Source: an uncultured Actinomycetota bacterium
Lineage (GTDB): Bacteria; Actinomycetota; Actinomycetes; Propionibacteriales; Nocardioidaceae
Direction of reading: 5' to 3'
NCBI GenBank assembly: GCA_963790225.1
Contig: CAWBNX010000003.1
Coordinates: forward strand, 151,044-215,043
DNA: 64,000 nt
The translations under genes and the position numbers were made by a program. Below, one piece after another: positions 26,594-38,200 of the stretch (position 1 is the stretch's first letter; the number at the start of each line of letters is the position of its first letter). The notes beneath the pieces are model-generated. The model was not told the DNA's origin, searched no databases, and saw nothing but the letters and a program-made list of their open reading frames with translations.

Positions 26594-26647
26594 GGGCGTC
26601 ACTATGGCACCGTTTGGTCACAGCGGCGAACATATTTGCCGTCTGCC

Positions 26648-26698
26648 CTGTGGAAAACCCCGCTGATGTCGATTCGGCCCCGGTTGCCCCCGCATGAT
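26648..26698 (+). promoter_or_regulatory. Inverted TCCACAG box (CTGTGGAAAA) plus CATGAT -10 of the SAF-cpaE operon
   Basis: Box at 26648-26657, -10 at 26693-26698, ATG at 26706. Confidence 0.45.
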
Positions 26699-26705
26699 GG
26701 CGACC

Positions 26706-27440
26706 ATGAGCTTCGCTACGCCCGCTCCGCCACCGTCGCCGGGCCCGACGGGCGGCGACGCCTCGCCACCGGCGCGTCGGGCCGCACGCCCGGGGTGGCG
26801 CGACCCCCGGTTCGCCATCGGGCTGGTGCTCGTGGCGCTGTCCGTCGTGGTCGGTGTCCGGGTCGTCGACGCGCGCGACGACACCACGCCTGTGCTGGCC
26901 GCGGCGCGACCGCTGGTGGCCGGCCAGCGTCTGGGGCCCGACGACGTCGCGGTGGTCGAGGTCCGCTTCGGTGCCGCCGGTGACGCGGACCGCTACCTGC
27001 CTGCGGGGTCGTCCTGGCAGGGCACGGGCCTGGAGGGGACGGTCGTGACGCGCGGGGTGGGCACCGGGGAGCTGGTGCCGCGTGCCGCCACCAGCACGAC
27101 CCAGGAAGCCGACGTGCAGGTCCCGCTCGCGGTGCCTCTCGGGCGCGTGCCGAGCACGGTCCAGGTGGGGTCCTCCGTCGACGTCTGGGCCACTCCCGAG
27201 TCCCCGGCCCCGTCCGCGACCGCGGACGCGGAGACCGTCCCGGACGACAGCGGGGCCGGAGCGGAGCGTGTGCTGCGCGCGGTGCCGGTGCTGGCGGTCT
27301 CGCGCGGCCAGGGTCTCGGCCCCGACAGCGAGATCCGGGTCGTGGTCGGGGTGCCCGACCGGGGAGCCGACGTGGCGGCGGTGGTGCGCACGCTGGCCGG
27401 TGCCGGCGTGCTGCTCGTCCACCGGCCCGAGGGGAGCTGA
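26706..27440 (+). CDS. SAF-domain CpaB/RcpC-like Flp pilus assembly protein
   Basis: WRDPRF.IG TM helix, VLAAARPLVAGQ.L, GELVP and G.SVDVW. Confidence 0.78.
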   Translation: MSFATPAPPPSPGPTGGDASPPARRAARPGWRDPRFAIGLVLVALSVVVGVRVVDARDDTTPVLAAARPLVAGQRLGPDDVAVVEVRFGAAGDADRYLPAGSSWQGTGLEGTVVTRGVGTGELVPRAATSTTQEADVQVPLAVPLGRVPSTVQVGSSVDVWATPESPAPSATADAETVPDDSGAGAERVLRAVPVLAVSRGQGLGPDSEIRVVVGVPDRGADVAAVVRTLAGAGVLLVHRPEGS

Positions 27441-27442
27441 GC

Positions 27443-28844
27443 GTGGGCGACGAGGCGCTGCCGGGGCTCGGCCCCCGGGTCACGGTGGCGATCGCCGCAG
27501 GCACCGACCGGTGGGAGTCGGGCGCCCTCGCGGCGGTGGCCGCCGCCTCCTCCCGCCTGACCCTGGTCAAGCGCTGTCTCGACCTCAGTGACCTGCTGGC
27601 GGTCGCTGCGACGGGGACGCTGAGGGTGGCGGTGCTGTCGACCGGCCTCGACGGCCTCGACACCGACAGCGTGGAACGGCTGCGGCGGGCGGGGGTCCGC
27701 TCCGCGGTCCTGGTGCCGACCGGGTCCTCCGAGAGCGAGCGACAGCGGCTCCGCCGGCTCGGCGTGACGCGCCAGCTGGAGGAGTCCGACCTGCCGCAGC
27801 TGGGTGAGCTGCTGCTGGAGGTGGCGTCCGCCGAGCTCGCGCCGCCGGGGGTGGCCGACCTGCCGGGGCCGCCCCCCGCCGGCGAGGCGACGACCGACGA
27901 CCGTGGCGGCGGCCGAGGTCTCCTCGGCCGACGAGCCCGGCGCTGACGGCGGCCCGCTCCGCGGTCGTGGGCGGGTGGTCGCGGTCTGGGGGCCGCACGG
28001 CGCGCCGGGGCGCACGACGGTGGCCATCGGGCTGGCCGCCGAGGCCGCCGCCCAGGGGGTCGCGACGACGGTCGTGGACGCGGACCCCCACGGGGGGGCC
28101 GTCGGTCAGCACCTGGCCGTGCTGGACGAGGCCTCGGGGCTGCTGGCCGCGGTGCGACTGGCCAACGCCGGTCAGCTCGACGCCGGGCGGCTGGTCACGG
28201 TCGCCCGCCAGCTCGACGACCGGCTGCGGCTGGTGACCGGTCTGCCCCGGCCCGACCGGTGGACCGAGGTGCGCCCGCAGACCCTGGCCACGGTGCTCGA
28301 CGTCGCGGCGACGGTGACGCCGCTGGTGGTGGTGGACGCGGGGTTCGGGCTCGACACCCGTGCCGCGGAGGGCCGTCCGGTGACGCCCTCACGCGACCGC
28401 CTCAGCATGGCGGTGCTCGAGCACGCCGACGACCTGGTGGTGGTCGCCTCCTCCGACCCGGTGGGTCTGACCCGCCTGGCCCGAGCCCTGCTCGACCTGC
28501 GCGGCGTGCGACCCGAGGGGCCCGACCTCGTCGTGGTCAACCGCATGCGTGACGGACTCGGGTGGTCCGAGCGTGACGTCGTCGACATGGTCGCCCGGGT
28601 CGCACCCGACGCCCGGGTCACCTTCCTGCCCGAGGACCGGGCGGGGGCGGACCGCGCCCTCGTCGGGGGCCGCACGCTGCGCGAGAGTGGCGACGGGGCC
28701 CTGCGCCGCGCCCTGGCCGTGCTGACCGCGGACCTTCTCGTCCGTCTCGGGCTGGCGCCGGCGGGCGAAGGCCGCCGACGGGCGCGGCGGCAGCGCCGGA
28801 CGGCTCGCGCCCGTCGGGGGCGGGCGTCCCGCGTCACACGCTGA
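27443..28844 (+). CDS. CpaE/TadZ-like MinD/ParA-family ATPase with degenerate receiver domain, frameshift near 27890
   Basis: VWGPHGAPGRTT deviant Walker A, VDADP.GG, VVVDAG and VVNR. Confidence 0.8.
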
Positions 28845-30147
28845 GGAGGAGGTACAACCCGCTGACCGTGAACACGATCATCACGACCAGCAGCGGGAGC
28901 TGCGCGGTGAGCCGGCGGTGCTGCGGAAGCACCGTCAGCGCGCGGTCGTGGGCCGCGACCACCCCGAGCACGTGCCCGGTGACGATCGAGAGCACCTTGA
29001 CCGTGGCCAGGAACGTCGGGTGCTGGGTCAGCCAGTAGCTGACCTGGAGGTCGGCGGTGCCGAGCAGGTCGCTGCCGTCGACCTTCGGGTCACTGAGCCG
29101 GATGAGGGTCTGCTGGCCGATCTCGACGCCGTAGCTCAGGTAGTGGGCCACGATGTAGCCGACGACGATCGGCACCAGGGAGTGCGCGAACAGGTTCGCC
29201 GTGCGCCCGGCCACGGAGACGGAGGTGGCCATCGCCCAGGTGGCGGCCGCGAAGAGCAGCCCGACCGCCAGGCAGAGAAGCAGCAACCCCAGGGTCTCGA
29301 CCAGCACCAGGGAGACCGTCAGGTCGGCGGTGAACCGCACCCAGGCGATCGAGTCGGAGAAGCTGTCCCACGCGGTGCTGCCCAGCAGCACCGCGGTCAC
29401 CGCGGTCAGCCCCGGCAACGCGGGTACGGCGTCGAGGTTGCCCAGGGGGCTGCGCCAGACCAGGGTGCCGTCCTCGCGCCGACCCACGATGCCGAGGTGG
29501 CTGACGAGCGTGGAGTAGACCTCGAACGGGTCGGTGACCGCGATCCAGCGGTCGCCGAAGACGGCCGCTCCGACGAGCAGGACCGCGGCGTACACCGCGA
29601 ACCACAGCCGCAGGGAGGCCAGGTAGTTGGCCTCGGGGAAGACCAGCTCCAGCCAGACGAAGGCCAGCAACCCCAGCGCTGCGGGCCACAGCCCCACCCA
29701 CCGGGGCAGGGCGGCGATGCCGGTGCCGGGGTCGCCGCCCGAGATGCGGGAGACCAGCCAGTGCAGGGTGCGGACCGGGCTCAGCGCGCGCACCACCGGT
29801 CCGAGGAGGAGGGACGCGGGCACCAGGCCGACCCACAGCCACACGTAGACGACGCCGAAGGTGGGATTGGCCAGGTTGTCGGGCCCGGCGATCGCGGCCC
29901 AGGTCACGTAGCCGGCGAAGAGCAGGCCGAGGGCGCGCAGCGCCACCACGAGGGGAGCGCCGTCGAGCACGCGCGCCAGCCCCTCGGGCAGCGGCCGGCC
30001 CTGGGTGGCGGCGTCGTAGCGGGGGCGGCGCCAGGCCAGCACGAGCACCGCGAACGACACGGTGAGCGCCGCCGAGCCGCCGGCGAGCGCCAGTGGGAGG
30101 GAGATGGGCAGGTCCTGGCTGCCCCCGATGCCGTGCTGGAAGACCAT
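28834..30147 (-). CDS. Polytopic membrane protein (family often labelled fenitrothion hydrolase; function unverified)
   Basis: HGIGGSQDLP, VYVWLWVG, DPFEVYS, SLVPI.VGY.VAHY and GHV.GVVAAHDRA; about 10 TM segments. Confidence 0.75.
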   Translation of the reverse strand: MVFQHGIGGSQDLPISLPLALAGGSAALTVSFAVLVLAWRRPRYDAATQGRPLPEGLARVLDGAPLVVALRALGLLFAGYVTWAAIAGPDNLANPTFGVVYVWLWVGLVPASLLLGPVVRALSPVRTLHWLVSRISGGDPGTGIAALPRWVGLWPAALGLLAFVWLELVFPEANYLASLRLWFAVYAAVLLVGAAVFGDRWIAVTDPFEVYSTLVSHLGIVGRREDGTLVWRSPLGNLDAVPALPGLTAVTAVLLGSTAWDSFSDSIAWVRFTADLTVSLVLVETLGLLLLCLAVGLLFAAATWAMATSVSVAGRTANLFAHSLVPIVVGYIVAHYLSYGVEIGQQTLIRLSDPKVDGSDLLGTADLQVSYWLTQHPTFLATVKVLSIVTGHVLGVVAAHDRALTVLPQHRRLTAQLPLLVVMIVFTVSGLYLLLSV

Positions 30148-30307
30148 GGCTCCACCCTTCCACGCAGCACGGTCCGAGACGGTCCGGCCCCGGGGATTCG
30201 CCTCTGACACAATGCTGGTGAACGCGGGCGAGCGCGGGTGAACGCGGTGGCAGCCGGTGGTGCCACGGACCTGGACCGCCACCGGGACGGACGAAAGGGG
30301 TGACACG

Positions 30308-31723
30308 GTGGAGCGCCTGCGCCCTGGCGACGTCCAGCTGCTCGACATCGAGTCGGCCAGCTCGCCGATGCACCTCGCCACCGTCGAGATCTTCGACCCG
30401 CCCGGAGGAGGGCTTCGACTACCGCCGGCTGGTGAGCCTCGTGGGGGACCGGCTCGCGTTCGTGCCGCGCTACCGCCAGCGGCTCGCCACGGTGCCGGGT
30501 CGCCTGGCCCGCCCGGTGTGGGTCGACGACGACGACTTCGACCTGACCTACCACGTGCGGCAGTCGGCGGTGCCGCGCCCGGGCTCGATGGAGCAGGTCC
30601 ACGAGCTCGTGGCCCGCATCATCACCCGACCGCTGGACCGGACCCGTCCGCTGTGGGAGATGTACCTCATCGAGGGGCTCGCCGACGGGCGGGTCGCGAT
30701 CCTGTCCAAGTCGCACCAGACCCTGGTCGACGGCGTCTCCACCATCGACCTCGGCCAGGTCATCCTCGACAACGACACCGTGGTGCGCGAACGCGTCCCC
30801 GACGAGTGGACGCCGCGGTCCGAGCCGTCCGCCGCTGTCGATGCTCGGCCGTGGCGGCCTACGAGCGGCTGCGGCACCCGGGCGAGACCGTCGCCGGTGT
30901 CGGCTCGCGCGCCCTCGCCGTGGCCAACCCCCTCACGACGCCCCTGACCTCGCTGCTCGGCGGTCGCCGAGCCGGTCCGGAGTCGCCGCTGCAGGCGACG
31001 TTGTCGCAGCAACGTCGCTTCGCCACCGTGCGCACCGACCTCGACGACTACCGCAAGGTGCGCCGCTTCCACGGCGGCACCGTCAACGACGTCGTGCTCG
31101 CCACGGTGACCGGGGGGCTGCGCTCCTGGCTGATGACCCGCGCGGAGTCGGTGCAGAGCAGCCGTCAGATCCGGGCGATGGTGCCGATGAGCGTCCAGGA
31201 CGTCGACCTCGAGCCGACGTCGCTGGGCAGCCAGGTCACCGGGCACCTGCTCAACCTGCCGATCGGGGAGGCCAGCCCGGTCGTCCGGCTGCACCAGGTG
31301 TCCTACGCGCTCAAGGCGCACAAGGACACCGGCAAGGCCGTGTCGGCGCTGCGCCTGATCGGGGTCGGCGGGTTCGCGCCCACCACGTTCCACGCCCTCG
31401 GCGCCCGGGTGGCCGCCATCAGTGAGAACCGAGGCTTCAGCCTGGTCGTCACCAACGTGCCCGGCCCGCAGTTCCCGCTCTACGCCTCCGGCGCGCGCAT
31501 GCTGGAGAGCTACCCGGTTCAGCCGCTGCTGCCCGGGCACGCGCTGGCCATCGGGGTGACGTCGTACGACGGCGGGGTCCACTACGGGCTGACCGCGGAC
31601 CGCGACGCCATCCCCGACGTCGATGTCGTCGGCCAGTGCCTGAGCGAGGCGCTCGCCGAGCTGGTCGACACCACCACCGAGAGCCGGATCCGCGCGCCGA
31701 GAGGTTGGACTCCCCGCCCGTGA
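30308..31723 (+). CDS. Wax ester synthase/diacylglycerol acyltransferase family, two frameshifts
   Basis: PMH, WVDDDDFDL.YHV, RPLWEMY, KSHQTLVDG (variant HHxxxDG), TVNDV and TNVPGP. Confidence 0.9.
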   Translation: MERLRPGDVQLLDIESASSPMHLATVEIFDPPGGGLRLPPAGEPRGGPARVRAALPPAARHGAGSPGPPGVGRRRRLRPDLPRAAVGGAAPGLDGAGPRARGPHHHPTAGPDPSAVGDVPHRGARRRAGRDPVQVAPDPGRRRLHHRPRPGHPRQRHRGARTRPRRVDAAVRAVRRCRCSAVAAYERLRHPGETVAGVGSRALAVANPLTTPLTSLLGGRRAGPESPLQATLSQQRRFATVRTDLDDYRKVRRFHGGTVNDVVLATVTGGLRSWLMTRAESVQSSRQIRAMVPMSVQDVDLEPTSLGSQVTGHLLNLPIGEASPVVRLHQVSYALKAHKDTGKAVSALRLIGVGGFAPTTFHALGARVAAISENRGFSLVVTNVPGPQFPLYASGARMLESYPVQPLLPGHALAIGVTSYDGGVHYGLTADRDAIPDVDVVGQCLSEALAELVDTTTESRIRAPRGWTPRP

Positions 31724-31741
31724 CGGTGCGACGATCGCGCC

Positions 31742-33370
31742 ATGGACGCCGTCACCCACCCGCCCGCCCCGGTCAACGAGCCCACGCTCACCTACGCCCC
31801 GGGAACGCCCGAGCGTGAGCAGCTGCTGGCCGAGATCGCCCAGCAGGAGTCCCGCCAGCTCGACCTCACCGCCACCATCGGCGGCGAGAAGGTGCGCGGC
31901 TCCGGCGCGGAGGTCCCCGTCGTGCAACCCCACGACCACGCTCACGTGCTGGGAGTCCTCAAGGGCACCGGCAAGGCGCAGGCCCGTGCCGCGGTCGCGG
32001 CCGCCGCGGAGGCGGCACCGGCGTGGGCCGCTCTCGACTTCGACGACCGCGCCGCGGTCATCCTCAAGGCGGCCGACCTGCTGGCCGGCCCGTGGCGGCA
32101 GCGGCTCAACGCCGCCACGGTGCTGGGTCAGTCCAAGACCGCGTTCCAGGCCGAGATCGACGCGGCCTGCGAGCTCGTCGACTTCTGGCGCTTCAACGTG
32201 CACTTCGCCCGCCAGGTGCTCGCCGAGCAGCCGATCGCCAACGCCGCCGGCATCTGGAACCGCTCCGACCACCGTCCGCTCGAGGGCTTCGTCTACGCCG
32301 TCACGCCCTTCAACTTCACCGCGATCGCGGGCAACCTGCCCACGGCGCCGGCGCTCATGGGCAACACGGTGCTGTGGAAGCCCTCACCGACCCAGCAGGT
32401 CGCAGCCCACCTCACCATGGAGCTGCTGGAGGAGGCCGGCCTGCCTCCGGGCGTCATCAACATGCTGCCCGGCGACGGGCAGGACGTGTCCTCGGTCGCG
32501 CTGACCCACCCCGACCTCGCCGGCATCCACTTCACCGGGTCCACCCCGACCTTCCAGCACCTGTGGAGGACGGTGGGGGAGAACATCACCTCCTACAAGG
32601 CCTACCCGCGCATCGTGGGAGAGACCGGGGGCAAGGACTTCATCGTGGCCCACCCCTCGGCCGACGTCGACGTGCTGCGGGTCGCGATGGTCCGGGGCGC
32701 GTTCGAGTTCCAAGGACAGAAGTGCTCGGCCGCGTCACGTGCCTACGTGCCCCGCTCGGTGTGGAACCGGCTCAAGGACGACCTGGTCGCGGAGATCGAC
32801 GGCATCGCCATGGGCGACGTCACCGACCTGTCGAACTTCATGGGAGCGGTCATCGACGAGCGGGCCTTCGCCAAGCACAAGGCCGCGATCGCCCGGGCCA
32901 AGCGGTCCTCGAAGCTCACCGTGCTCGCCGGCGGGAAGGTCGACGACTCGGTCGGCTGGTTCGTCCGCCCGACCCTGGTGGAGTCCACCAGCCCCACCGA
33001 CGAGATGTTCCGCACCGAGTACTTCGGGCCGATCCTGGCGGTGCACGTCTACGAGGACGGCGACTTCGAGACGGTGGTCGACCAGCTGGAGTCGTTCGCG
33101 CCGTACGCCCTCACCGGGGCCGTCATCGCCCAGGACCGCCGCGCGATCGCGTGGGCCACCGAGCGTCTGCGGTTCGCGGCCGGCAACTTCTACGTCAACG
33201 ACAAGCCGACCGGAGCGGTCGTGGGCCAGCAGCCGTTCGGCGGCGCCCGCGCCTCGGGCACCAACGACAAGGCCGGGTCGGTGCTGAACCTGCTGCGGTG
33301 GACCTCGCCGCGCAGCATCAAGGAGACGTTCGCGCCGCCGACGGACTACCGCTACCCCTTCATGGGGTGA
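31742..33370 (+). CDS. pruA: L-glutamate gamma-semialdehyde (P5C) dehydrogenase
   Basis: AEIDAACE, PFNFTAI, GETGGKD, QGQKCSA, NDKPTGAVVGQQPFGG. Confidence 0.96.
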   Translation: MDAVTHPPAPVNEPTLTYAPGTPEREQLLAEIAQQESRQLDLTATIGGEKVRGSGAEVPVVQPHDHAHVLGVLKGTGKAQARAAVAAAAEAAPAWAALDFDDRAAVILKAADLLAGPWRQRLNAATVLGQSKTAFQAEIDAACELVDFWRFNVHFARQVLAEQPIANAAGIWNRSDHRPLEGFVYAVTPFNFTAIAGNLPTAPALMGNTVLWKPSPTQQVAAHLTMELLEEAGLPPGVINMLPGDGQDVSSVALTHPDLAGIHFTGSTPTFQHLWRTVGENITSYKAYPRIVGETGGKDFIVAHPSADVDVLRVAMVRGAFEFQGQKCSAASRAYVPRSVWNRLKDDLVAEIDGIAMGDVTDLSNFMGAVIDERAFAKHKAAIARAKRSSKLTVLAGGKVDDSVGWFVRPTLVESTSPTDEMFRTEYFGPILAVHVYEDGDFETVVDQLESFAPYALTGAVIAQDRRAIAWATERLRFAAGNFYVNDKPTGAVVGQQPFGGARASGTNDKAGSVLNLLRWTSPRSIKETFAPPTDYRYPFMG

Positions 33371-33372
33371 GC

Positions 33373-33578
<206 letters not shown>

Positions 33579-33598
33579 GCCACGGCTCAGCCCAGATG

Positions 33599-34087
33599 TC
33601 AGCGCCGGCCGGCCAGCCAGTCGCGGCCGACCTTGTGCTCGGCCCGCAGCGCCTTGCTCAGCATGTCGGCGATGAGGCCCTCGAGCTTGCCGCCCACGAT
33701 CGGGATGCCGACCTTCACCTCGAGGGCCACCGTCTCGGTGGTGCCGGCGGCGTCCTCGGCCAGGGAGGCGGTGCCCTTCATCTCGCCGGGCTTGCCCGGG
33801 ATGGAGACGTGGACGTCGCCGCGCTGCTTGGTCGCCCACGTCTCGGACTGCACGATGTTGGTCTCGTCGCCGACGACCTTCTTGGCGAACCCGGGCACGC
33901 CCTTGGTCTCCTGCACCTGGTCGATGCGGACCGTCATGCCGTCGCCCCGGCGGTCGATGGTCACGGTGCGTCGCAGGACGCGCTGGTAGTCGCAGACCTT
34001 CTCGCGGAACGCGGGGTCGGCCAGCATCTCGTGCACCTGGTCGATGGTGGCTCCGTCGTAGCGGAGCTCCTCGGTGATCTTCTTCAT
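33599..34087 (-). CDS. DUF2505 (SRPBCC-like) protein
   Basis: MLADPAF and EVKVGIPIVGGKLE..I. Confidence 0.85.
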   Translation of the reverse strand: MKKITEELRYDGATIDQVHEMLADPAFREKVCDYQRVLRRTVTIDRRGDGMTVRIDQVQETKGVPGFAKKVVGDETNIVQSETWATKQRGDVHVSIPGKPGEMKGTASLAEDAAGTTETVALEVKVGIPIVGGKLEGLIADMLSKALRAEHKVGRDWLAGRR

Positions 34088-34292
34088 GGCCACACCCTCT
34101 CGTGTCCGGTGGTGTTCGGGGCGCGATCCGCGCCGTTCGGCGTCGACGTGAGAGCCACGCCACGCCGGTCGGCCGCGCGGCCGGTGCGGCCGGTGCGGCC
34201 GGCGTCAGTGTCGTGCGGGTGACGGATCAGGCGGAGCAGCGGATCAGGACGGTCACACCGGTCACGACGGGCCGGAGGGCCGGTCCCACGGC

Positions 34293-35069
34293 GTGCAGTT
34301 CGGCGAGGAGGGTGCGCGGCTGAGCTACGGCAGCTACCTCCAGCTGGAGAGGTTGCTGGCGGCGCAGACGCTGGAGTCGGAGCCGCCGGCGCACGACGAG
34401 CTGCTGTTCATCACCATCCACCAGGTCTACGAGCTGTGGTTCCAGCAGCTGCTGCACGACCTGGGCGCCGCACGCGACGCCATGACGCGGGGCGACCTGT
34501 GGTGGGCGGCCCACCTGCTACGACGCGCCCACGTGATCGAGCGCGTGCTCGTCGACCAGGTCGACGTGCTGGAGACCATGACCCCGCAGGACTTCCTGAC
34601 GTTCCGCGAGCGGCTGGCCCCGGCCAGCGGCTTCCAGTCGGTGCAGTTCCGCGAGCTGGAGTTCCTCTCGGGAGCGAAGGACCCCGCCTACCTGAGCCGC
34701 TTCCGCGGCATCACCGCGGTGGAGCGCGGGCGGCTCGAGCGCCGCCTCGCCGAGCCCACCCTCTGGGACGCCTTCCTCTCGGTGATGAGCGCGCGCGGCC
34801 TCGACGTCGCCGACGACGAGGCCGTCGTCGCCTCGTTGCGGACCGTCGCGCGCGACCGTGCGCGGTACGCCGAGGTCTGGACGCTGGGGGAGGCCCTTCT
34901 CGAGCACGACGAGCAGGCGGCCCAGTGGCGCGCCCGCCACGTCGTCATGGTCGAGCGCATGATCGGGACCAAGACCGGCACCGGCGGGTCCACCGGCTCG
35001 ACGTACCTCCGCAGCCGGCTGGGGCTGCGCTACTACCCGCTGCTGTGGGAGCTGCGCAACGCGCTCTGA
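34293..35069 (+). CDS. kynA: Tryptophan 2,3-dioxygenase
   Basis: YGSYLQL, HDELLFITIHQVYELWF, ASGFQSVQFRELE and RMIGTKTGTGGS. Confidence 0.93.
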   Translation: MQFGEEGARLSYGSYLQLERLLAAQTLESEPPAHDELLFITIHQVYELWFQQLLHDLGAARDAMTRGDLWWAAHLLRRAHVIERVLVDQVDVLETMTPQDFLTFRERLAPASGFQSVQFRELEFLSGAKDPAYLSRFRGITAVERGRLERRLAEPTLWDAFLSVMSARGLDVADDEAVVASLRTVARDRARYAEVWTLGEALLEHDEQAAQWRARHVVMVERMIGTKTGTGGSTGSTYLRSRLGLRYYPLLWELRNAL

Positions 35070-35149
35070 GCGGTGCCCGGCACGAGCTCGGCGCGGGATC
35101 GAGGACCCGCCTGGAGGCGGCCCTCGTGGACGCTGGTGCCCGACCGTCC

Positions 35150-35197
35150 TAGTGTCGGTCCCGACGGCACGACGAGGTGCCGTCGGAGCGTCAGGAG
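35150..35197 (+). promoter_or_regulatory. gdhB promoter/leader: TAGTGT -10, 5' terminal 10-bp hairpin, RBS AGGAG
   Basis: CCGACGGCAC (35161-35170) pairs with GTGCCGTCGG (35177-35186). Confidence 0.55.
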
Positions 35198-35202
35198 CTG
35201 CG

Positions 35203-38200
35203 TTGCCCACTCACGGGTCGTCCCGGCACGAGGAACCCCAGGCCGAACTCATCGCGCGAGCCGCAGCGGTGGCTTCCACGCGACGGGGCAGCGGCGGTCC
35301 GCCGCGTGACACCGTCGAGTCCTACCTGCGGCAGTACTACCGCCACGTCGCGGTCGAGGACCTGACCGAGCGCGCCGACGTCGACCTCTACGGCGCCGCG
35401 GTCAGCCAGTACTCCGTGGCCTCCGAGCGGCCCCAGGGCACCGCCAACGTCCGCGTCTTCACCCCGACGGTCGACGAGCACGGGTGGTCGGCCGGCGGGC
35501 ACACGGTCGTGGAGGTCGTCACCGACGACATGTCGTTCCTCGTCGACTCGGTGACGATGGCGCTCAACGACGAGGGTCGCAACGTCCACATGGTCGTGCA
35601 CCCGCAGCTGCTCGTGCGGCGCGACGTCACCGGGCACCTCGTGGAGGTCCGCGACGACGAGGGCTACCAGGTCGGTCAGGAGGGTGCGGAGCCCGACGTC
35701 GGCTCGCGAGTCGTGGATGCACGTCGAGATCGACCGCGAGGTCGAGAGCGACGAGCTGACGGCGATCGAGCAGCGGCTGCGCAAGGTGCTGCTCGACGTG
35801 CGCGAGTCCGTGGAGGACTGGGGCCGCATGCAGCAGCAGGTCAGCGAGGTCGTCGAGCAGCTGCGTGACGACCCGCCGCCGCTCCCCGCCGACGAGATCG
35901 AGCAGGGCGCCGCGCTGCTGGAGTGGCTGGCCGACGACCACTTCACGTTCCTCGGCTACCGCGAGTACCGCCTGGGCGACCTCGACAGGGACGGCGCGAT
36001 CGGACGGCCGGGCCGCCGCGCTCGTCGCCGTGCCCGGCACCGGCTACGGCATCCTGCGTGCCGACCCCGACATGACCGACGACGGCCGGATGCCCGACCT
36101 GGTGCGCGCCAAGGCGCGCGAGAAGACCCTGCTGGTGCTGGCCAAGGCCAACTCCAAGTCGACGGTGCACCGCCCGGTCTACCTCGACTACGTGGGCGTG
36201 AAGTGCCTTCGACGCCGACGGCGAGGTCGTCGGCGAGCGGCGCTTCCTCGGGCTGTTCTCCTCGGCCGCCTACACCGAGTCCCTGACGCGCATCCCGGTC
36301 GTGCGGGAGAAGGCGTACGCCGTCATCGACGCCGCCGGGGTGTCCCGGGAGAGCCACACCGGCAAGGCACTCATGGACGTGCTCGAGACCTACCCGCGCG
36401 ACGAGCTGTTCCAGACCCCGCTCGAGGACCTCGTCCCGATCGCCCACGCGGTGCTCTACACCCGGGAGCGTCGCCAGCTGCGGCTCTTCGTGCGGCCCGA
36501 CGCCTACCGTCGCTACCTGTCGTGCCTGGTCTACCTGCCCCGCGACCGCTACAACACCAGCGTCCGCGAGCGGATCTCGGCCATCCTCACGCGCGAGCTG
36601 GGTGGCGAGTCCGCCGAGTACACCGCGCGGGTCTCGGAGTCGATGCTGGCGCGACTGCACTTCGTGGTGCGCCCGCCGCGCGGTCAGACGATGGAGGCCG
36701 AGATCGACGTCGCGGAGCTCGAGCGGATGCTCGCCGACGCCGCCCGGTCCTGGACCGACGACTTCGCCGCCGCCGTGCGCGAGGAGTACGGCGAGGCCAA
36801 GGGCGTCCGGCTGGCCCGACGGTACGCCGACTCGTTCCCGGAGGCCTACAAGGAGGACTACCCGGCCCGCACCGGAGCGGTCGACCTGGCCCGGCTCGAG
36901 GAGCTGTCGCAGGGCGGCCGGGCCGACGGTCGCGACGCCGACCAGCCGGTCGAGGCGCTGTCGCTGTCGTTCTACCAGCCGATGGACTGCGGTCCCGGCG
37001 AGGCACGGCTCAAGGTGTTCCGGGTGGGACCGCCGCTGTCGCTGAGCAACGTGCTGCCGGTGCTCTCGACGATGGGCGTGGAGGTCGTCGACGAGCGGCC
37101 CTACGAGCTCGACGGGCTCACCCCGACGTCGTACGTCTACGACTTCGGCCTGCGCTACCGCCGCCCCATCCCCGCCCACGCCCGCGAGCTGTTCCAGGAC
37201 ACGGTCGCCGCGGTCTGGAACGGGCTCAACGAGGCCGACGGCTTCAACGCCCTCGTGCTCGCGGTCGGACTCACGTGGCGTCAGGCCACGGTGCTGCGTG
37301 CCTACGCGAAGTACATGCGCCAGGGCGGCACGCCGTTCGCGCAGGACTACATCGAGGAGGCGCTGCTCAACAACGTCGACATCACCCGTGGGCTGCTGTC
37401 GCTGTTCGAGACCCGCTTCGACCCCGACCTGTACGTCGACGACGACGAGGGCCGTGCGGCGAAGGAGCAGGAGATCGCCGACACGATCGTCAAGGCGCTC
37501 GAGGAGGTCGTCAGCCTCGACCACGACCGGATCCTGCGGTCCTACCTGACGACGGTGCGGGCGACCCTGCGCACGAACTTCTACCAGCGGGCAGGACGTG
37601 GCCCCGGTCCGGGGCGACGGCGACACGGGCGGCCCGAAGTCCTACATCTCGCTGAAGCTGCGGCCCGGTGACATCCCCGACCTGCCCGAGCCGCGCCCGC
37701 AGTTCGAGATCTTCGTCTACTCCCCGCGCGTCGAGGGTGTGCACCTGCGCTTCGGCCCGGTGGCCCGCGGTGGGCTGCGCTGGAGCGACCGACGCGACGA
37801 CTTCCGCACCGAGGTGCTGGGACTGGTCAAGGCGCAGATGGTCAAGAACGCCGTGATCGTGCCGGTCGGCGCCAAGGGCGGCTTCTTCTGCAAGCAGCTG
37901 CCCGACCCCGGCGAGCGCGAGGCGTGGATGGAGGAGGGCACCTCCTGCTACCGCACCTTCATCTCGGGCCTCCTCGACGTCACCGACAACCTCGTGGACG
38001 GCGAGAACGTGCCACCGACCCGGGTCGTCTCCCACGACGAGACCGACTCCTACCTCGTGGTGGCCGCCGACAAGGGCACCGCGACGTTCTCCGACATCGC
38101 CAACGGCGTGGCGAAGGACTACGGGTTCTGGCTCGGCGACGCCTTCGCCTCCGGCGGCTCGGTCGGCTACGACCACAAGGCCATGGGCATCACCGCGCGC

